From Nitrospirota bacterium (GTDB lineage: Bacteria > Nitrospirota > Thermodesulfovibrionia > Thermodesulfovibrionales > Dissulfurispiraceae), in assembly GCA_040758355.1 (NCBI GenBank), contig JBFLWF010000007.1, forward strand, positions 1 through 64,000: 64,000 nt of DNA, written 5' to 3'. Shown here in pieces: positions 9,674 to 22,254 of the stretch. Positions within the stretch are counted from its first letter, which is position 1. Every line of letters begins with the position of its first letter. The notes below the pieces were generated by a model. The model searched no databases, was not told the origin of the DNA, and saw only the letters and a list, made by a program, of their open reading frames with translations. Made by a program: the position numbers and the translations under genes.

Positions 9674-10414
9674 ATGAACCATGCCCTTGAAATAAAAGGT
9701 CTGTCCAAGGCATACGGCAAGAGATATGTGGTGCGTGATGTAAACATATCTGTCAGGACAGGTGAAATAGTGGGACTGCTCGGCCCAAACGGCGCAGGGA
9801 AGACCACAACCTTTTACATGGTGGTGGGTATGATACGTCCTGAGCAGGGCGACATTACACTCGATGGGGAGGATATAAGAAGGCTTCCGATGTATCAGCG
9901 GGCACGAAAGGGTATCGGCTATCTGCCCCAGGAGCCGTCGATATTCAGAAAATTGACCGTGAGGGAAAACCTGAAGGCTGTTCTCGAGATAAGCGGAATG
10001 GGAAGATCAGATGGGAATAGCGGAGGCATACAGGGAGAGGTCGACAGGCTTCTTGAAGAATTCAATTTGACAAATTTCGCCGACAGGGATGGATACCGGC
10101 TTTCCGGTGGAGAGAGGAGACGTACCGAGATTGCGAGGGCTATTGCCTTAAAACCGATGTTTATGTTGTTTGACGAGCCCTTTGCCGGCATTGACCCTAT
10201 TGCGATAATCGAATTGAAAAAGATGCTGACGTATCTGAAATCAAAGGGACTCGGCATCCTTATAACAGACCATAATGTAAGGGAGACCCTCTCAATTACG
10301 GACAGGGCATATATCATCAGCAACGGTCAGGTTTTAGCCGAGGGGACACCGGATGACCTGATAAAAAATCCGTCTGTAAAAGAGGCATATCTCGGAGAGG
10401 AGTTCAGGTTATAA
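9674..10414 (+). CDS. lptB: LPS export ABC ATPase
   Basis: GPNGAGKTT, YLPQEPSIF, LSGGERRR, DEPFAGIDP. Confidence 0.95.
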   Translation: MNHALEIKGLSKAYGKRYVVRDVNISVRTGEIVGLLGPNGAGKTTTFYMVVGMIRPEQGDITLDGEDIRRLPMYQRARKGIGYLPQEPSIFRKLTVRENLKAVLEISGMGRSDGNSGGIQGEVDRLLEEFNLTNFADRDGYRLSGGERRRTEIARAIALKPMFMLFDEPFAGIDPIAIIELKKMLTYLKSKGLGILITDHNVRETLSITDRAYIISNGQVLAEGTPDDLIKNPSVKEAYLGEEFRL

Positions 10415-11844
10415 TGGCACTTGAAAGCAGATTAGACTTAAGACTCGCTCAAAAGCTCATCCTTACGCCGCAGCTCCAGCAGGCTATCAAGCTTTTGCAG
10501 ATGCCCCAGCTCGAACTCGCCCAGACATTGAACAACGAGCTTATAGAGAATCCTTTTCTGGAAGAAGAATTTGAAGAGCCGGAAATGGAGGAGCATACCG
10601 TTGAGGATACCACTCCATCCATCGCTGCCGATGACGCCGAAATGCCTCTCGAGGGTCTTATGAACTTCAGCGTCGATGAATATTTTGAAGAAAGGAGCAG
10701 CGACGGCAGGGACCTCGGTTATTTTACGCCGGACATCGAAGAACAACCGTCATATGAGCTATTTTGTTCCAAGAAGCCGGATCTGTACGACCATTTACTC
10801 TGGCAATTGAGATTGAGCACTGCAGATGATGGAATAAGAAGGGTCGCAGAGGCAGTAATCGGCAATATCGACGAAGACGGCTATCTCAGGGCTACGGATG
10901 AGGAACTGGCATCTGTCACCGGTGCGGATATCGATACAGTGAGGTCTGCCATTGCGCTTGTTCAGGGCTTTGACCCTCCCGGCGTTGGCGCACGGGATCT
11001 GAAGGAGTGCCTCTTATTGCAGCTTAAGGCCTTAAACCTGAGCGGCACTCTGGTTGAGAAGATAATCATTAACAATATGGAAGATTTGCAGAAAAAGAAA
11101 TACAGCAACATAGCAAAACAATACAACTCGCCCATGGACGATATAATAGCCGCTGTCAAGATAATAGAAGGACTCGATCCGAGGCCTGCCACAAGTTTTT
11201 CCAACGTTGAAACCAATTACATAGTGCCCGATGTCTTTATATCAAAGACCGAAGAAGGGTACCAGATAATCCTGAACGAAGACGGCATGCCGAGGTTGCG
11301 GCTGAACAGCAGCTACCGTAAGCTCCTCTTGAGGAAGGAATCCCTTACAAAGGAAGAGAGGGAATTTTTAAAGGAGAAGCTGAGACTTGCCACCGAGTTG
11401 ATAAAGAGCCTTGACCAGAGAAACAGGACAATATATAAGGTTTCTGAAAGCATCCTGAAATTTCAAAAGGAATTTTTCGACATAGGAGTTCAATCCCTGA
11501 GGCCTTTGAATCTCAGGGATGTGGCATCCGATATTAATATGCATGAAAGCACGGTAAGCAGGGTGACATCGAACAAATTCCTTGCATGTAACCACGGGGT
11601 CTTTAGTTTCAGGTTCTTTTTCAGCAGTGCAATCCAGTCAGAGACAGGCGAGGTTTCGTCTACCTCTGTGAAGGACATTATTAAAAAGATTGTTTCGGAG
11701 GAGGATCCCAAAAAGCCCCTGAGCGATCAAATGATAGCCGACAGGTTGAAGAACCAGAATATCACAATTGCGCGAAGGACAGTTGCAAAATATCGGGAGG
11801 AATTGAAGATTCCACCCCAGAATCAGAGAAAGATATACGAATAA
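10414..11844 (+). CDS. rpoN: RNA polymerase sigma-54
   Basis: LQQAIKLLQ region I, HESTVSR, RpoN box ARRTVAKYRE. Confidence 0.97.
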   Translation: MALESRLDLRLAQKLILTPQLQQAIKLLQMPQLELAQTLNNELIENPFLEEEFEEPEMEEHTVEDTTPSIAADDAEMPLEGLMNFSVDEYFEERSSDGRDLGYFTPDIEEQPSYELFCSKKPDLYDHLLWQLRLSTADDGIRRVAEAVIGNIDEDGYLRATDEELASVTGADIDTVRSAIALVQGFDPPGVGARDLKECLLLQLKALNLSGTLVEKIIINNMEDLQKKKYSNIAKQYNSPMDDIIAAVKIIEGLDPRPATSFSNVETNYIVPDVFISKTEEGYQIILNEDGMPRLRLNSSYRKLLLRKESLTKEEREFLKEKLRLATELIKSLDQRNRTIYKVSESILKFQKEFFDIGVQSLRPLNLRDVASDINMHESTVSRVTSNKFLACNHGVFSFRFFFSSAIQSETGEVSSTSVKDIIKKIVSEEDPKKPLSDQMIADRLKNQNITIARRTVAKYREELKIPPQNQRKIYE

Positions 11845-11854
11845 GGAGGAAAAT

Positions 11855-12373
11855 ATGAATATCATTGTCAATGGCCGTCATCTGGAGATAACGCCTGCAT
11901 TAAGGAGTTATGCCGAGGAGAAAATCGGGAGGTTCGAGAAGTACATCTCCAATATTACCGAAGCTGTCGTGACCCTCGGTGTGGAAAAGTACAGGCATAA
12001 GGCAGAGGTGCTTCTAAAGGTCAATGGAGTCATGATCCAGGCAGAAAGCGTAACAGGCGAGGTCTATTCCTCCATAGACGAGGTTGTGGAGAAGCTCGAG
12101 AAACAGGTTCTCAAGCACAAGGAGAAGATACACTCCTACAGAAAGGGAGAGAAAAAGGCTCCTGCAGCAGTTGCAGCAGGGATAGCCGAAAAGGGAAGGA
12201 TAATTAAAAACAAGAGATTTGATATGAAGCCAATGAGCCCAGAAGAGGCTGTCGATCAAATGGAGCTTCTTGATAAGGACTTCTTTGTCTTCAATAATGA
12301 TGCAAGTGGCGTTATTAACGTCGTCTATCGAAGAAGAGACGGCAATTTCGGACTGATAGAACCGGTGAAATAG
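11855..12373 (+). CDS. hpf: Ribosome hibernation promoting factor (long HPF)
   Basis: GRHLEITPALR; C-terminal KPMSPEEA..FFVF..VVYRR.DG. Confidence 0.93.
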   Translation: MNIIVNGRHLEITPALRSYAEEKIGRFEKYISNITEAVVTLGVEKYRHKAEVLLKVNGVMIQAESVTGEVYSSIDEVVEKLEKQVLKHKEKIHSYRKGEKKAPAAVAAGIAEKGRIIKNKRFDMKPMSPEEAVDQMELLDKDFFVFNNDASGVINVVYRRRDGNFGLIEPVK

Positions 12374-13230
12374 TGAGAGTTGTTATCGTCAGCGGGCTCT
12401 CGGGTGCAGGCAAAACCGTTGCCCTGAGGGCCCTTGAAGACATCGGCTATTTCTGCATAGACAATCTTCCTGTCACACTCATAGAACCATTTCTTTCTAC
12501 CATCAAAACCAAACAGGACATAGAAAAGATAGGCATAGGCGTGGATATACGGGAGAAGGAGTTTCTATCCGACGCCTATAATATCCTGTCCTTTCTTAAA
12601 GGGCAGTACAGGATCGAGATACTGTTCTTAGAGGCGGAAAAGGATGTGATGTTGAGAAGGTACAAAGAGACGAGGCGTCCTCACCCAATGTTGTCCATAC
12701 GCGGTGAAATGAGCATGGAAGCGGCCGTAGAAGAAGAGAGAATGCTGCTTTCGGTTATAAGGGACGCTGCCGATAAGATAATAGACACTTCAAACTATAC
12801 CCCCCACCAGTTGAGATACCTAATAACATCAATGTACGGAAATGTGATAGAGACACAGGCCATTAATATATCGCTCATATCATTCGGATATAAATTCGGT
12901 GTGCCGCAGAATGTAGACCTTCTGTTCGATGTCAGGTTCCTGCCCAATCCGTATTTTATCCCTGAACTCAAGCCTCTAAAAGGCACCGACTCCGTTGTAT
13001 ATGACTTCGTCATGAAGAATAATGAGACAAAGGAATTCTTAGGTCATATAACACGTCTCATTGATTTTCTGTTGCCGCATTATATCAGGGAGGGAAGGAC
13101 ATATCTCGTCATGGGCATAGGATGCACCGGAGGGAGGCACAGGTCTCCTGCAATTGTAGAGGATATTTCAAAATATATAAAAGAGAAGCACGGCATAAAG
13201 CCGAATGTAATACACAGGGATATGGAATGA
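12373..13230 (+). CDS. rapZ: RNase adapter RapZ
   Basis: GLSGAGKT, DNLP, SFGYKFG, DVRFLPNP, GCTGGRHRS. Confidence 0.95.
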   Translation: MRVVIVSGLSGAGKTVALRALEDIGYFCIDNLPVTLIEPFLSTIKTKQDIEKIGIGVDIREKEFLSDAYNILSFLKGQYRIEILFLEAEKDVMLRRYKETRRPHPMLSIRGEMSMEAAVEEERMLLSVIRDAADKIIDTSNYTPHQLRYLITSMYGNVIETQAINISLISFGYKFGVPQNVDLLFDVRFLPNPYFIPELKPLKGTDSVVYDFVMKNNETKEFLGHITRLIDFLLPHYIREGRTYLVMGIGCTGGRHRSPAIVEDISKYIKEKHGIKPNVIHRDME

Positions 13231-14390
13231 TTTATCTTGATCACAATGCCACGACTCCCATCGATGAAGATGTAAAGAAGGCAATGGCTGATGTCTTCCA
13301 ATTATTCGGCAACCCTTCAAGCAGCCACAGCATCGGCAGGGCAGCAAAGGCTGCTGTGGACAGTGCGAGAAAACAAGTTGCTGATTTAATTGCATGCGAT
13401 CCTTCAGAGATAATTTTTACATCAGGGGGTACGGAATCGAATAATCTTGCCATAATCGGCACTGCTTATAAATATCAAAAGGGACATATAATAACATCCG
13501 TTATCGAGCATCCTGCTGTTTTAAATCCTGTGAAATGGCTTGAGATGAAGGGTTTTGCGGCTACCTATCTTCCGGTGGATTCTGAGGGAAGGGTCAATCC
13601 TGATGATGTAAAAAGAGCAATAAGAAAAGATACTATTCTGATAACTATTATGCATTCCAACAATGAGACAGGAGTGCTTCAGCCTATTCAAGAAATTGGT
13701 ATGATTGCGCGTGAGCACAACATAACATTTCACTCGGATGCTGCACAGAGCGTCGGGAAAATGGATGTGAAGATCTCTGAATTGATGGCCGATATGCTTA
13801 CTATTGTATCGCACAAGTTTTACGGACCCAAGGGCGTTGGCGCATTATACTTAAGGAATGGAATTGATGTGATGCCCATAATGTTCGGTGCAGGGCACGA
13901 AGGGGGAATAAGGCCGGGAACAGAGAATGTCATAGGGATCTCCGGCCTTGGAAAGGCATGCGAAATTGCTGTGCGTGATATGCCTTTTAGATATGAACGC
14001 ACACTCAAGCTTAGAGACGCACTGTTTTCTCTATTGGGAAGCAAACTCGCTGTTAAACTCAACGGGCATAAGACAATGAGGCTTCCGAATACGCTTAATG
14101 TATCTATAATCGGGTCAAGGGGCAATCTACAAGACCCTGCGGGGGGTCAAGGGTCAAGGATTTTAGGTGAAGATATTGTGGAACAATTAAAAGATAAAGT
14201 TGCTTTCTCTGCAGGCTCTGCATGCCATTCAGGCATCAGAAAACCTTCGTCCGTCTTAAAGGCAATGGGATTATCAGATGAAGATGCCCTTTCGTCAATA
14301 AGACTGAGTGTAGGCAAAGACAATACCATCAGAGAAATAGAAGATGCCGCAGAGATGATAATTCAGACCGTAAATGAGTTAATGAGTTAA
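13227..14390 (+). CDS. iscS: Cysteine desulfurase (IscS/NifS family)
   Basis: MIYLDHNATTP from ATG 13227; GNPSS, SGGTESNN, SHKFYGPKG, GSAC. Confidence 0.9.
   Translation: MIYLDHNATTPIDEDVKKAMADVFQLFGNPSSSHSIGRAAKAAVDSARKQVADLIACDPSEIIFTSGGTESNNLAIIGTAYKYQKGHIITSVIEHPAVLNPVKWLEMKGFAATYLPVDSEGRVNPDDVKRAIRKDTILITIMHSNNETGVLQPIQEIGMIAREHNITFHSDAAQSVGKMDVKISELMADMLTIVSHKFYGPKGVGALYLRNGIDVMPIMFGAGHEGGIRPGTENVIGISGLGKACEIAVRDMPFRYERTLKLRDALFSLLGSKLAVKLNGHKTMRLPNTLNVSIIGSRGNLQDPAGGQGSRILGEDIVEQLKDKVAFSAGSACHSGIRKPSSVLKAMGLSDEDALSSIRLSVGKDNTIREIEDAAEMIIQTVNELMS
14112..14159. repeat. GGGTCAA tandem with 28 bp hairpin core, in frame in iscS
   Basis: Core caatctacaagaccctgcggggggtcaa at 14123-14150 is identical to 24190-24217. 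Confidence 0.9.
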
Positions 14391-14433
14391 TGGGCTGAAC
14401 TCATACATTTATCTACCCATTTGCCCATCTACT
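14370..14433. repeat. Inverted 8-mer tandem pair (GAGTAAAT-type) at the iscS end
   Basis: gtaaatgagttaatgagttaatggg ... atctacccatttgcccatctact; supplies the iscS TAA. Confidence 0.65.
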
Positions 14434-14487
14434 TGTAATTATAATTTTAATCTAATTAATTATAAAAAATTATAATCGCCCAAATCC

Positions 14488-14516
14488 TTGACAAAAAAAA
14501 AGGCGTGTGTTAATGT
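14488..14516 (+). promoter_or_regulatory. Sigma-70 promoter of the atp operon
   Basis: TTGACA-17 nt-TAATGT with TG extension; AT-rich 11 bp inverted repeat upstream (14438-14476). Confidence 0.55.
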
Positions 14517-14589
14517 TCAATCCAACGTTTTCAAAAAGGCCATAAAACAAAGCACGGCGCTGGGAGAGGCGTCAAAAGAGGGGTGTAAT

Positions 14590-15009
14590 ATGTTAGAGTT
14601 CAATCAGTGGTTTTTTGTTCTCCTCGCGAATTTTCTTGTCCTGCTTTTCGTACTCAACGCAATCCTCTTTAAACCCCTTGCAAAGGTATTCAAAGAAAGA
14701 GAAGCTGCTACAGCCGGCGCCCTTGATGAGGCAAAATCATTGGCTGTAAAAAAAGAAGATGCCATTACAAAGATGAATGCCGAGCTCATGTCAGCTAAAA
14801 ACAAGGCAAAGGAGACATTTGATTCATTAAGGGAAGTGGGAGTCGCAAGGCAGAAAGAGATGCTCTCAAAGGCAGAGGCCGAGGCAGTGGAGATGATAGA
14901 GAAGGCACGGAAGGAGTTGCAGGCAGAGGCTGAAAAGGCAAGGACAACATTGAAGGCGGACATCGAGAAGTTCTCGGAAGAAATCGTGAGCAAGTTGGTG
15001 AAGGCATGA
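14590..15009 (+). CDS. ATP synthase F0 subunit b'
   Basis: ATG 14590 after GAGGGG; NFLVLLFVLNAILFKPL TM followed by coiled coil. Confidence 0.85.
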   Translation: MLEFNQWFFVLLANFLVLLFVLNAILFKPLAKVFKEREAATAGALDEAKSLAVKKEDAITKMNAELMSAKNKAKETFDSLREVGVARQKEMLSKAEAEAVEMIEKARKELQAEAEKARTTLKADIEKFSEEIVSKLVKA

Positions 15010-15593
15010 AAAAAATTTCAAATTTCAAATTTCAAATTTCAAATTTATTGTTTACTGTTTGCTTTTCACTATTCTCCGTGACTGCTTTTGCAGCAGAAGC
15101 TGGCGGCGAGCACGGTGGTTCGATAATGGAGTGGGTATGGAGAATAGTTAATTTTGCAATACTCGTATTTATTCTCGTTAAGTTCCTTAACAAACCTCTT
15201 AAAAACTATCTTCAGCAGAGAAAAGAACTGATAGAAAAGAGCATCAAAGAGGCACGGGAGGCAAAGGAGCTTGCCATGAAGGCTCTCGCAGAGGTCGAGG
15301 AGAGACTAAAGGTCAAGGATAAAGAGATGGAGGAGATTATTTCCTCTGCAAAGAGTTCAGGCGAAAAGGAAAAGGAAAGGCTTATAGAAGAAGGAGAGAA
15401 ATTAAAGGCCAAGATTCTGGAGCAGGCAAAGACAAATATCGAATACGAGGTCAAGAGAGCAAAAGAGACGATCAAGGCAGAGGCGGTGGATGCAGCCATG
15501 CAGCTCGCAGAGGAAAAGATCAAGGCCAAGATGACAAAGGATGACCAGGAGAAACTCCTCGCAGAGTCTTTAAAGCTGATGCATAAAAATTAA
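15006..15593 (+). CDS. atpF: ATP synthase F0 subunit b
   Basis: WRIVNFAILVFIL..KP TM followed by coiled coil; operon context. Confidence 0.9.
   Translation: MKKISNFKFQISNLLFTVCFSLFSVTAFAAEAGGEHGGSIMEWVWRIVNFAILVFILVKFLNKPLKNYLQQRKELIEKSIKEAREAKELAMKALAEVEERLKVKDKEMEEIISSAKSSGEKEKERLIEEGEKLKAKILEQAKTNIEYEVKRAKETIKAEAVDAAMQLAEEKIKAKMTKDDQEKLLAESLKLMHKN
15013..15046. repeat. (AAATTTC)x~5 in frame in the atpF N-terminus
   Basis: Encodes ISNFKFQISN. Confidence 0.9.
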
Positions 15594-15616
15594 TTAATAA
15601 AATTAGAGGGAAGAAA

Positions 15617-16156
15617 TTGAAAAAGGTAAAAGGTGTAAAGAGATACGCCAAGCAGTTTTTAAGCACAGTGGATTTGACCGAGGTTCCACAGGCCATTGAG
15701 CAGTTAAGCGCCATCTCCAGCCTGATGGAAAAAGACAAGACATTTAAAAACATCATGGTGAGTCCCATATTCAGCGAAACAGAGAGCCAGCAGATAATCA
15801 TCTACATGGGACAGAAGCTCAAGATGTCAGAGAAGACCGTCAAATATATCCAGTATCTTTCCACATCAAAGGCTATCGGTGCGATGCCAGAGATAGTAAG
15901 TGCCATAGTAGCGGCATATCTCGATATGAAGAAAAGGGCAAAGGCAGTTGTAACATCCCCTGTCCAGATAACTAAGGATTATGAGGATAAACTGAAAACA
16001 TCCCTCAAGGAGATTACCGGCAGGGACATCGATATGGAATTTGTTATAGACCCCGCCCTCCTCGGCGGTGTCCGCATAAAGGTCGGCAGCACAATGTATG
16101 ACAGCAGTATAAAAGGCCAATTAGGGCTTTTAAGAGATAAGCTTATAAAGGGGTGA
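15617..16156 (+). CDS. atpH: ATP synthase delta
   Basis: [23 protein letters not shown] start after GAGGG. Confidence 0.92.
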   Translation: MKKVKGVKRYAKQFLSTVDLTEVPQAIEQLSAISSLMEKDKTFKNIMVSPIFSETESQQIIIYMGQKLKMSEKTVKYIQYLSTSKAIGAMPEIVSAIVAAYLDMKKRAKAVVTSPVQITKDYEDKLKTSLKEITGRDIDMEFVIDPALLGGVRIKVGSTMYDSSIKGQLGLLRDKLIKG

Positions 16157-16160
16157 GAAT

Positions 16161-17669
16161 ATGGAAATCAAAGTGGAAGAGATCAGCGAGTATCTGAAAA
16201 AACAAATAGCCGATTTTGAGAAGCGCGTTGATGTCAGCGAAGTCGGCGTCGTTACCAATGTGGGTGACGGTATCGCCAGAATCTACGGCCTTGACAACTG
16301 CATGGCATCAGAGCTCCTCGAGTTTCCCAACGGCGTGTTCGGAATGGCGCTAAACCTCGAAGAGGACGTAATCGGTGCGGTTCTCTTCGGTGAGGATACC
16401 CTTATTAAAGAAGGCGATGTGGTAAAGAGGACAGGAAAAATCATGTCTGTCCCTGCCGGAGAAGAGATGGTAGGCAGGGTTATCAATGCCATCGGCCAGC
16501 CCATCGACGGCAAGGGCCCCATCAATGCGAAGTCAAGCAGGATAGTCGATGTCGTTGCACCCGGTATTGTTGACAGGCAGCCTGTCAGAGAGCCTCTCCA
16601 GACAGGAATAAAGGCAATCGATGCCATGATCCCCGTTGGGAGGGGACAGAGGGAACTCATCATCGGCGACCGCCAGACAGGAAAGACAGCAATTGCCATC
16701 GATGCAATCATCAACCAGAAAGGCGGCGATGTAATTTGCATATATGTCGCAGTCGGTCAGAAGAGGGCTTCTGTTGCCCGTGTTGTCAAGACCCTCGAGG
16801 AGCACGGTGCAATGGCGCACACCATCGTTGTTTCAGCAACTGCCAGCGAGCCGGCACCACTTCAGTACATAGCCCCTTATACCGGATGTGCAATCGGCGA
16901 ATATTTCAGAGACAATGGGAAGCATGCATTAATCATATATGACGACTTAAGCAAACAGTCTACAGCATACAGACAGCTCTCTTTGCTCCTCAGGCGTCCT
17001 CCCGGACGCGAGGCATTCCCCGGAGATGTTTTCTATCTCCACTCAAGGCTTCTCGAAAGGGCGGCAAAATTGAGCGATGAGCTGGGCGGAGGTTCATTGA
17101 CCGCACTCCCAATAATCGAGACACAGGCCGGCGACGTTTCAGCATATATTCCCACAAACGTCATCTCCATTACAGATGGACAGATATATCTCGAGCCCGA
17201 CCTCTTCTATGCAGGCGTCAGGCCTGCAGTCAATGTCGGTCTCTCGGTCAGTCGTGTCGGCGGCGCAGCACAGACAAAGGCAATGAAGCAGGTTGCAGGA
17301 ACCCTCAGACTCGACCTCGCACAGTTCAGGGAGCTCGCAGCATTTGCACAGTTCGGCTCCGACCTCGACAAGGCGACACTGGCCCAGATTGAGAGAGGCA
17401 AGAGAATGGTCGAGATACTGAAGCAGGACCAGTATGTGCCGCTCCCTGTCGAGGATCAGGTGGCCTTAATCTTTGCAGGTTCTCAGGGGCATCTCGATGA
17501 CATACCTGTTGAAGCGATTAAGAGATTCGAGGCCGAGTTCCTCTCTTTTATGAGAGACAAAAAGGCTGATGTGAAGAACGAGCTGAAAGAGAAGAAGGCA
17601 ATTGACGATACCATGAAAGAGAAGCTCAATTCTGCGATTGCCGAATTCAAGAAGGGCTTTATTATTTAG
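16161..17669 (+). CDS. atpA: ATP synthase alpha
   Basis: [31 protein letters not shown]. Confidence 0.99.
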   Translation: MEIKVEEISEYLKKQIADFEKRVDVSEVGVVTNVGDGIARIYGLDNCMASELLEFPNGVFGMALNLEEDVIGAVLFGEDTLIKEGDVVKRTGKIMSVPAGEEMVGRVINAIGQPIDGKGPINAKSSRIVDVVAPGIVDRQPVREPLQTGIKAIDAMIPVGRGQRELIIGDRQTGKTAIAIDAIINQKGGDVICIYVAVGQKRASVARVVKTLEEHGAMAHTIVVSATASEPAPLQYIAPYTGCAIGEYFRDNGKHALIIYDDLSKQSTAYRQLSLLLRRPPGREAFPGDVFYLHSRLLERAAKLSDELGGGSLTALPIIETQAGDVSAYIPTNVISITDGQIYLEPDLFYAGVRPAVNVGLSVSRVGGAAQTKAMKQVAGTLRLDLAQFRELAAFAQFGSDLDKATLAQIERGKRMVEILKQDQYVPLPVEDQVALIFAGSQGHLDDIPVEAIKRFEAEFLSFMRDKKADVKNELKEKKAIDDTMKEKLNSAIAEFKKGFII

Positions 17670-17748
17670 TAAATGAGTGAATCAGTAAATGAGTAAATGG
17701 GCAAAATATTACTCATAAACTCATTAACCCATATACTCATTAACTCAT
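17668..17748. repeat. Intergenic inverted 8-mer tandem pair
   Basis: agtaaatgagtgaatcagtaaatgagtaaatggg ... tactcataaactcattaacccatatactcattaactcat. Confidence 0.85.
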
Positions 17749-17765
17749 AGGTGAGAGGAGAATAA

Positions 17766-18636
17766 ATGCCTGGTTTAAAAGAGATACGAAAGAGAATAGG
17801 CTCTGTCAAGAGCACAAAGCAGATCACCAAGGCTATGAAGATGGTTGCAGCAGCCAAGTTCAGAAAGGCACAGACGAGGATCCTTGAGCTCCGTCCCTAT
17901 GCAGACAAGATGAATTTGGTGCTCACATCCCTTGCAAAGACGGTGGAGACAGGGCATCCGTTGCTCGAAGTGAGACCGAGGAAAAAAGTTGAAGTGCTTG
18001 TCCTTACCGGTGACAAGGGACTCTGCGGCGCCTTCAACACCAATATAATGAAGGCTGCATTCAAGCTTATTAAGGAAATCCAGTCAGAAGGCATAGAGGT
18101 GAGCGTCAGTGCCATCGGGAAAAAAGGAACGGACCTCTTAAAAAGGAGAGGATTCACACCGCGCCAGTCGTGGGCTGGCATCTCGGGAAGGGTGTCTTAC
18201 CTGAATGCAAAAGAAATCACCGGCAATATTATAGAAAACTATATTAGTGAGACTTTCGATGAGGTCATTCTCATTTACAATGAGTTCAAATCCGCCCTTG
18301 TCCAGAAGGTTTCTATTGTTCGACTTTTACCACTCGCACCGGTAAAGACCGAGGAGTCCGAGTCACAGGAGCTAACAGCAGCATTCCTGTATGAGCCTTC
18401 ACAACAGGCCATATTCGATAACCTGCTGCCGAAGAACCTTGAAATACAGGTCTTCAGGGCATTGCTCGAATCGCAGGCATCGGAAGAGGCAGCAAGGATG
18501 ACCGCAATGGAGAATGCTACGAAGGCTGCCGATGACATGATAGCAAGCCTGACACTGCAATATAACAAGGCAAGGCAGGCATCCATTACAAAAGAACTTA
18601 TGGACATCGTTGGCGGTGTCGAGGCGTTAAAACAAT

Positions 18637-18638
<2 letters not shown>
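17766..18638 (+). CDS. atpG: ATP synthase gamma
   Basis: ITKAMKMVAAAK, DKGLCG, RQASITKEL. Confidence 0.98.
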
Positions 18639-20096
<1,458 letters not shown>

Positions 20097-20100
20097 CATT

Positions 20101-20133
20101 AAATTTCAAATTTGAAATTTCAAATTTCAAATT
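20101..20133. repeat. (AAATTTC/G) 7-mer tandem, intergenic
   Basis: aaatttcaaatttgaaatttcaaatttcaaatt. Confidence 0.85.
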
Positions 20134-20144
20134 AAGGATAGGAT

Positions 20145-20555
20145 ATGGAGAATAAATTGAGGTTGGATATTGTTACACCGCATGGCCTTGTGCTGAGCGA
20201 GGATGTTGATGAAGTAACCGCAGCAGGCACAGAGGGGGAATTCGGTGTATTGCCGGGGCATGTGCCTTTCATTACGACTCTGAAGGTCGGGATGCTTATC
20301 CTAAGAAAGGACAACAAGACAGAGTATGTGTTTGTGAATTCGGGCTACGCCGAGGTCTCTCCTGACAAGGTAGTGATTCTTGCTGATAGTGCAGAGCGTG
20401 CAGAGGATATTGATGTTGAAAGGGCGCTTGCAGCAAAGAAACGTGCAGAGGAAAGGATTGCACAGGCTGAGAAGTACGATTTTGGACGGGCAACTGCAGC
20501 CCTTGAAAGGGCAACCATAAGGATTCATCTGGCTGAAAAGAAGACCCCTCGCTAA
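20145..20555 (+). CDS. atpC: ATP synthase epsilon
   Basis: [20 protein letters not shown]. Confidence 0.97.
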   Translation: MENKLRLDIVTPHGLVLSEDVDEVTAAGTEGEFGVLPGHVPFITTLKVGMLILRKDNKTEYVFVNSGYAEVSPDKVVILADSAERAEDIDVERALAAKKRAEERIAQAEKYDFGRATAALERATIRIHLAEKKTPR

Positions 20556-20577
20556 TAACTGGCAAATATATACGATA

Positions 20578-20609
20578 AGGGGGGCAGCTTTTGCTGCCCC
20601 CCTTTATTT
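20578..20609. terminator. Intrinsic terminator between convergent atpC and cls
   Basis: GGGGGCAGC-tttt-GCTGCCCCC followed by TTTATTT. Confidence 0.8.
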
Positions 20610-20611
20610 GT

Positions 20612-21769
20612 TTAGAGCCTTCTTCTGAAAAACGAAAAAAAATACTCTTTCAATTTTTCTTTTAACGGTCTTTTATGCCACTCCTCAAGGTTTAGCCTGA
20701 TGGAGTGCTTTAAATCATCTTCGAATATCTCATTCATTTGCGCTGCGAAATCAGCATCGAGGATTCCCACATTCCCCTCGTCATTGTATCTCAATGACTG
20801 GAAATCGAGATTTGTGGAGCCTATGACACTCCAGCAGTCATCGAAGATATATGTTTTTGCATGGAGGATTTCACCTGTATAATTGTATATCTCCACTCCT
20901 GCCTTTAAAAGCCTCGAGAAAAAAGCCTTTCCTGCATATGATGCAGCAGGCACATCGCTGATGCCGGGAACAAGCAGTCTGACACTTACTCCACGGTTTA
21001 CCGCATTTTCCAATATTTCAACCATTCTTCTGCTCGGCGTGAAATAGGCAGTCGTTAAAGCGATGCTTTTTTGAGCATGGTTGATGCTGTAATAGAGAAG
21101 TCTCCTCATCCTTCTCCTTCCCCTTGCAGAACTGACAAAGAGGGGGATTGCAGGAATGCCATCCTTTAAATTTGAAATTTGAAATTTGAAATTTGAAATT
21201 TCGATTGGTTCCCCTCTCCATATGTACCACCATTTCTTAAATGCCTTAAAAAGATCGTCCACTATCGGGCCTTCGAGCATTATTCCCGTGTCGCGCCATC
21301 CCCTGCCTTTGGTCCGCAGATGGAATCCGCTGTACTCGTTGGCAATGTTCAATCCGCCGGTAAATGCCTTTTTGTTGTCTATTACGACAAGCTTTCTGTG
21401 ATCCCTGTGCACATAATTGAATGGAGACGTCCATTTAAAAGGACGGGATGCCCTTATTTTTATGCCAGCGTTTTTCATATCCTTCCAGAAACTTCCCGGG
21501 GTTCCGAAAGAGCCGAAATGGTCGTAGAGCAGATATACATTAACTCCTTCCCTGCTTTTTTGTTTTAATAACTCTGATAAATCCGTGCCTGTTTCGTCAT
21601 TTCTGAATATGTAGAACTCAAGGCATATTAGTTTCTCTGCATTCCTAATCGCATCAAAGATGGTAGTAAATGATTCATTCCCTTTCCAGAGGAGTTGAAT
21701 ATTGGTGGCAGAGGAAAATTTGCCTTTAAATATCTTTTCGATGGCATGCGTTGTGAATGTGTCGGCCAT
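20612..21769 (-). CDS. cls: Cardiolipin synthase (ClsB-like, phospholipase D family)
   Basis: Two HKD motifs (HRKLVVID, HAKTYIFD), WRDT, GSTNLD. Confidence 0.9.
   Translation of the reverse strand: MADTFTTHAIEKIFKGKFSSATNIQLLWKGNESFTTIFDAIRNAEKLICLEFYIFRNDETGTDLSELLKQKSREGVNVYLLYDHFGSFGTPGSFWKDMKNAGIKIRASRPFKWTSPFNYVHRDHRKLVVIDNKKAFTGGLNIANEYSGFHLRTKGRGWRDTGIMLEGPIVDDLFKAFKKWWYIWRGEPIEISNFKFQISNLKDGIPAIPLFVSSARGRRRMRRLLYYSINHAQKSIALTTAYFTPSRRMVEILENAVNRGVSVRLLVPGISDVPAASYAGKAFFSRLLKAGVEIYNYTGEILHAKTYIFDDCWSVIGSTNLDFQSLRYNDEGNVGILDADFAAQMNEIFEDDLKHSIRLNLEEWHKRPLKEKLKEYFFSFFRRRL
21168..21201. repeat. (AAATTTG)x~5 in frame in cls
   Basis: Encodes EISNFKFQISNL between the two PLD domains. Confidence 0.9.
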
Positions 21770-21819
21770 GTGTAATTATATCAATATTCTGTATTTTGTG
21801 TGGTGTGTTATTATTAAAT

Positions 21820-22242
21820 ATGAAATTCGAAATTCTGGACATATCGGGTGATATTGGCATAAGGGCTTATGGGCAGAGCTGCGAAGATGCGTTTGTGAAT
21901 GCGGGCATTGGTATGTACAGCCTGATTACGGACATTGAAAGGATTGACGGAAAACAGGCAATAGATATAGATGCCAAAGGCGATTCGTTGGATGGTTTGC
22001 TTGTTTCATATCTCAATGAACTGATATTTCAGTTTGATACCTATGGATTTATCGGCAAAAGAATAGAGATAATCACTTTCAGCAATCAGCCTTCGGCTTT
22101 TATTAAGGTAAAGGTATACGGCGAGGAGTTTGACCCCAATAGGCATGAAAGGAGGCTGCTTGTGAAGGCAGCGACTTATCATAATATCAGGGTTGAGAAG
22201 ATAAACAGCAGATGGGAGATAGAGGTTGTGTTTGATATTTAA
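21820..22242 (+). CDS. Archease
   Basis: ATG 21820; DISGDIG, YLNELIF, VKAATYH, C-terminal FDI; directly upstream of rtcB. Confidence 0.88.
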   Translation: MKFEILDISGDIGIRAYGQSCEDAFVNAGIGMYSLITDIERIDGKQAIDIDAKGDSLDGLLVSYLNELIFQFDTYGFIGKRIEIITFSNQPSAFIKVKVYGEEFDPNRHERRLLVKAATYHNIRVEKINSRWEIEVVFDI

Positions 22243-22254
22243 TGGAGGTGCGTC

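Noticed and set aside
13122..13226. Long N-terminal extensions of iscS (and similarly atpF', archease, the TonB receptor, ruvC and ruvA)
   Set aside because: They overlap upstream genes or promoters; family-typical N-termini begin at downstream starts.
17668..17748. Short repeat arrays as CRISPR
   Set aside because: Units are 7-9 nt, contiguous, with no unique spacers and no cas genes.
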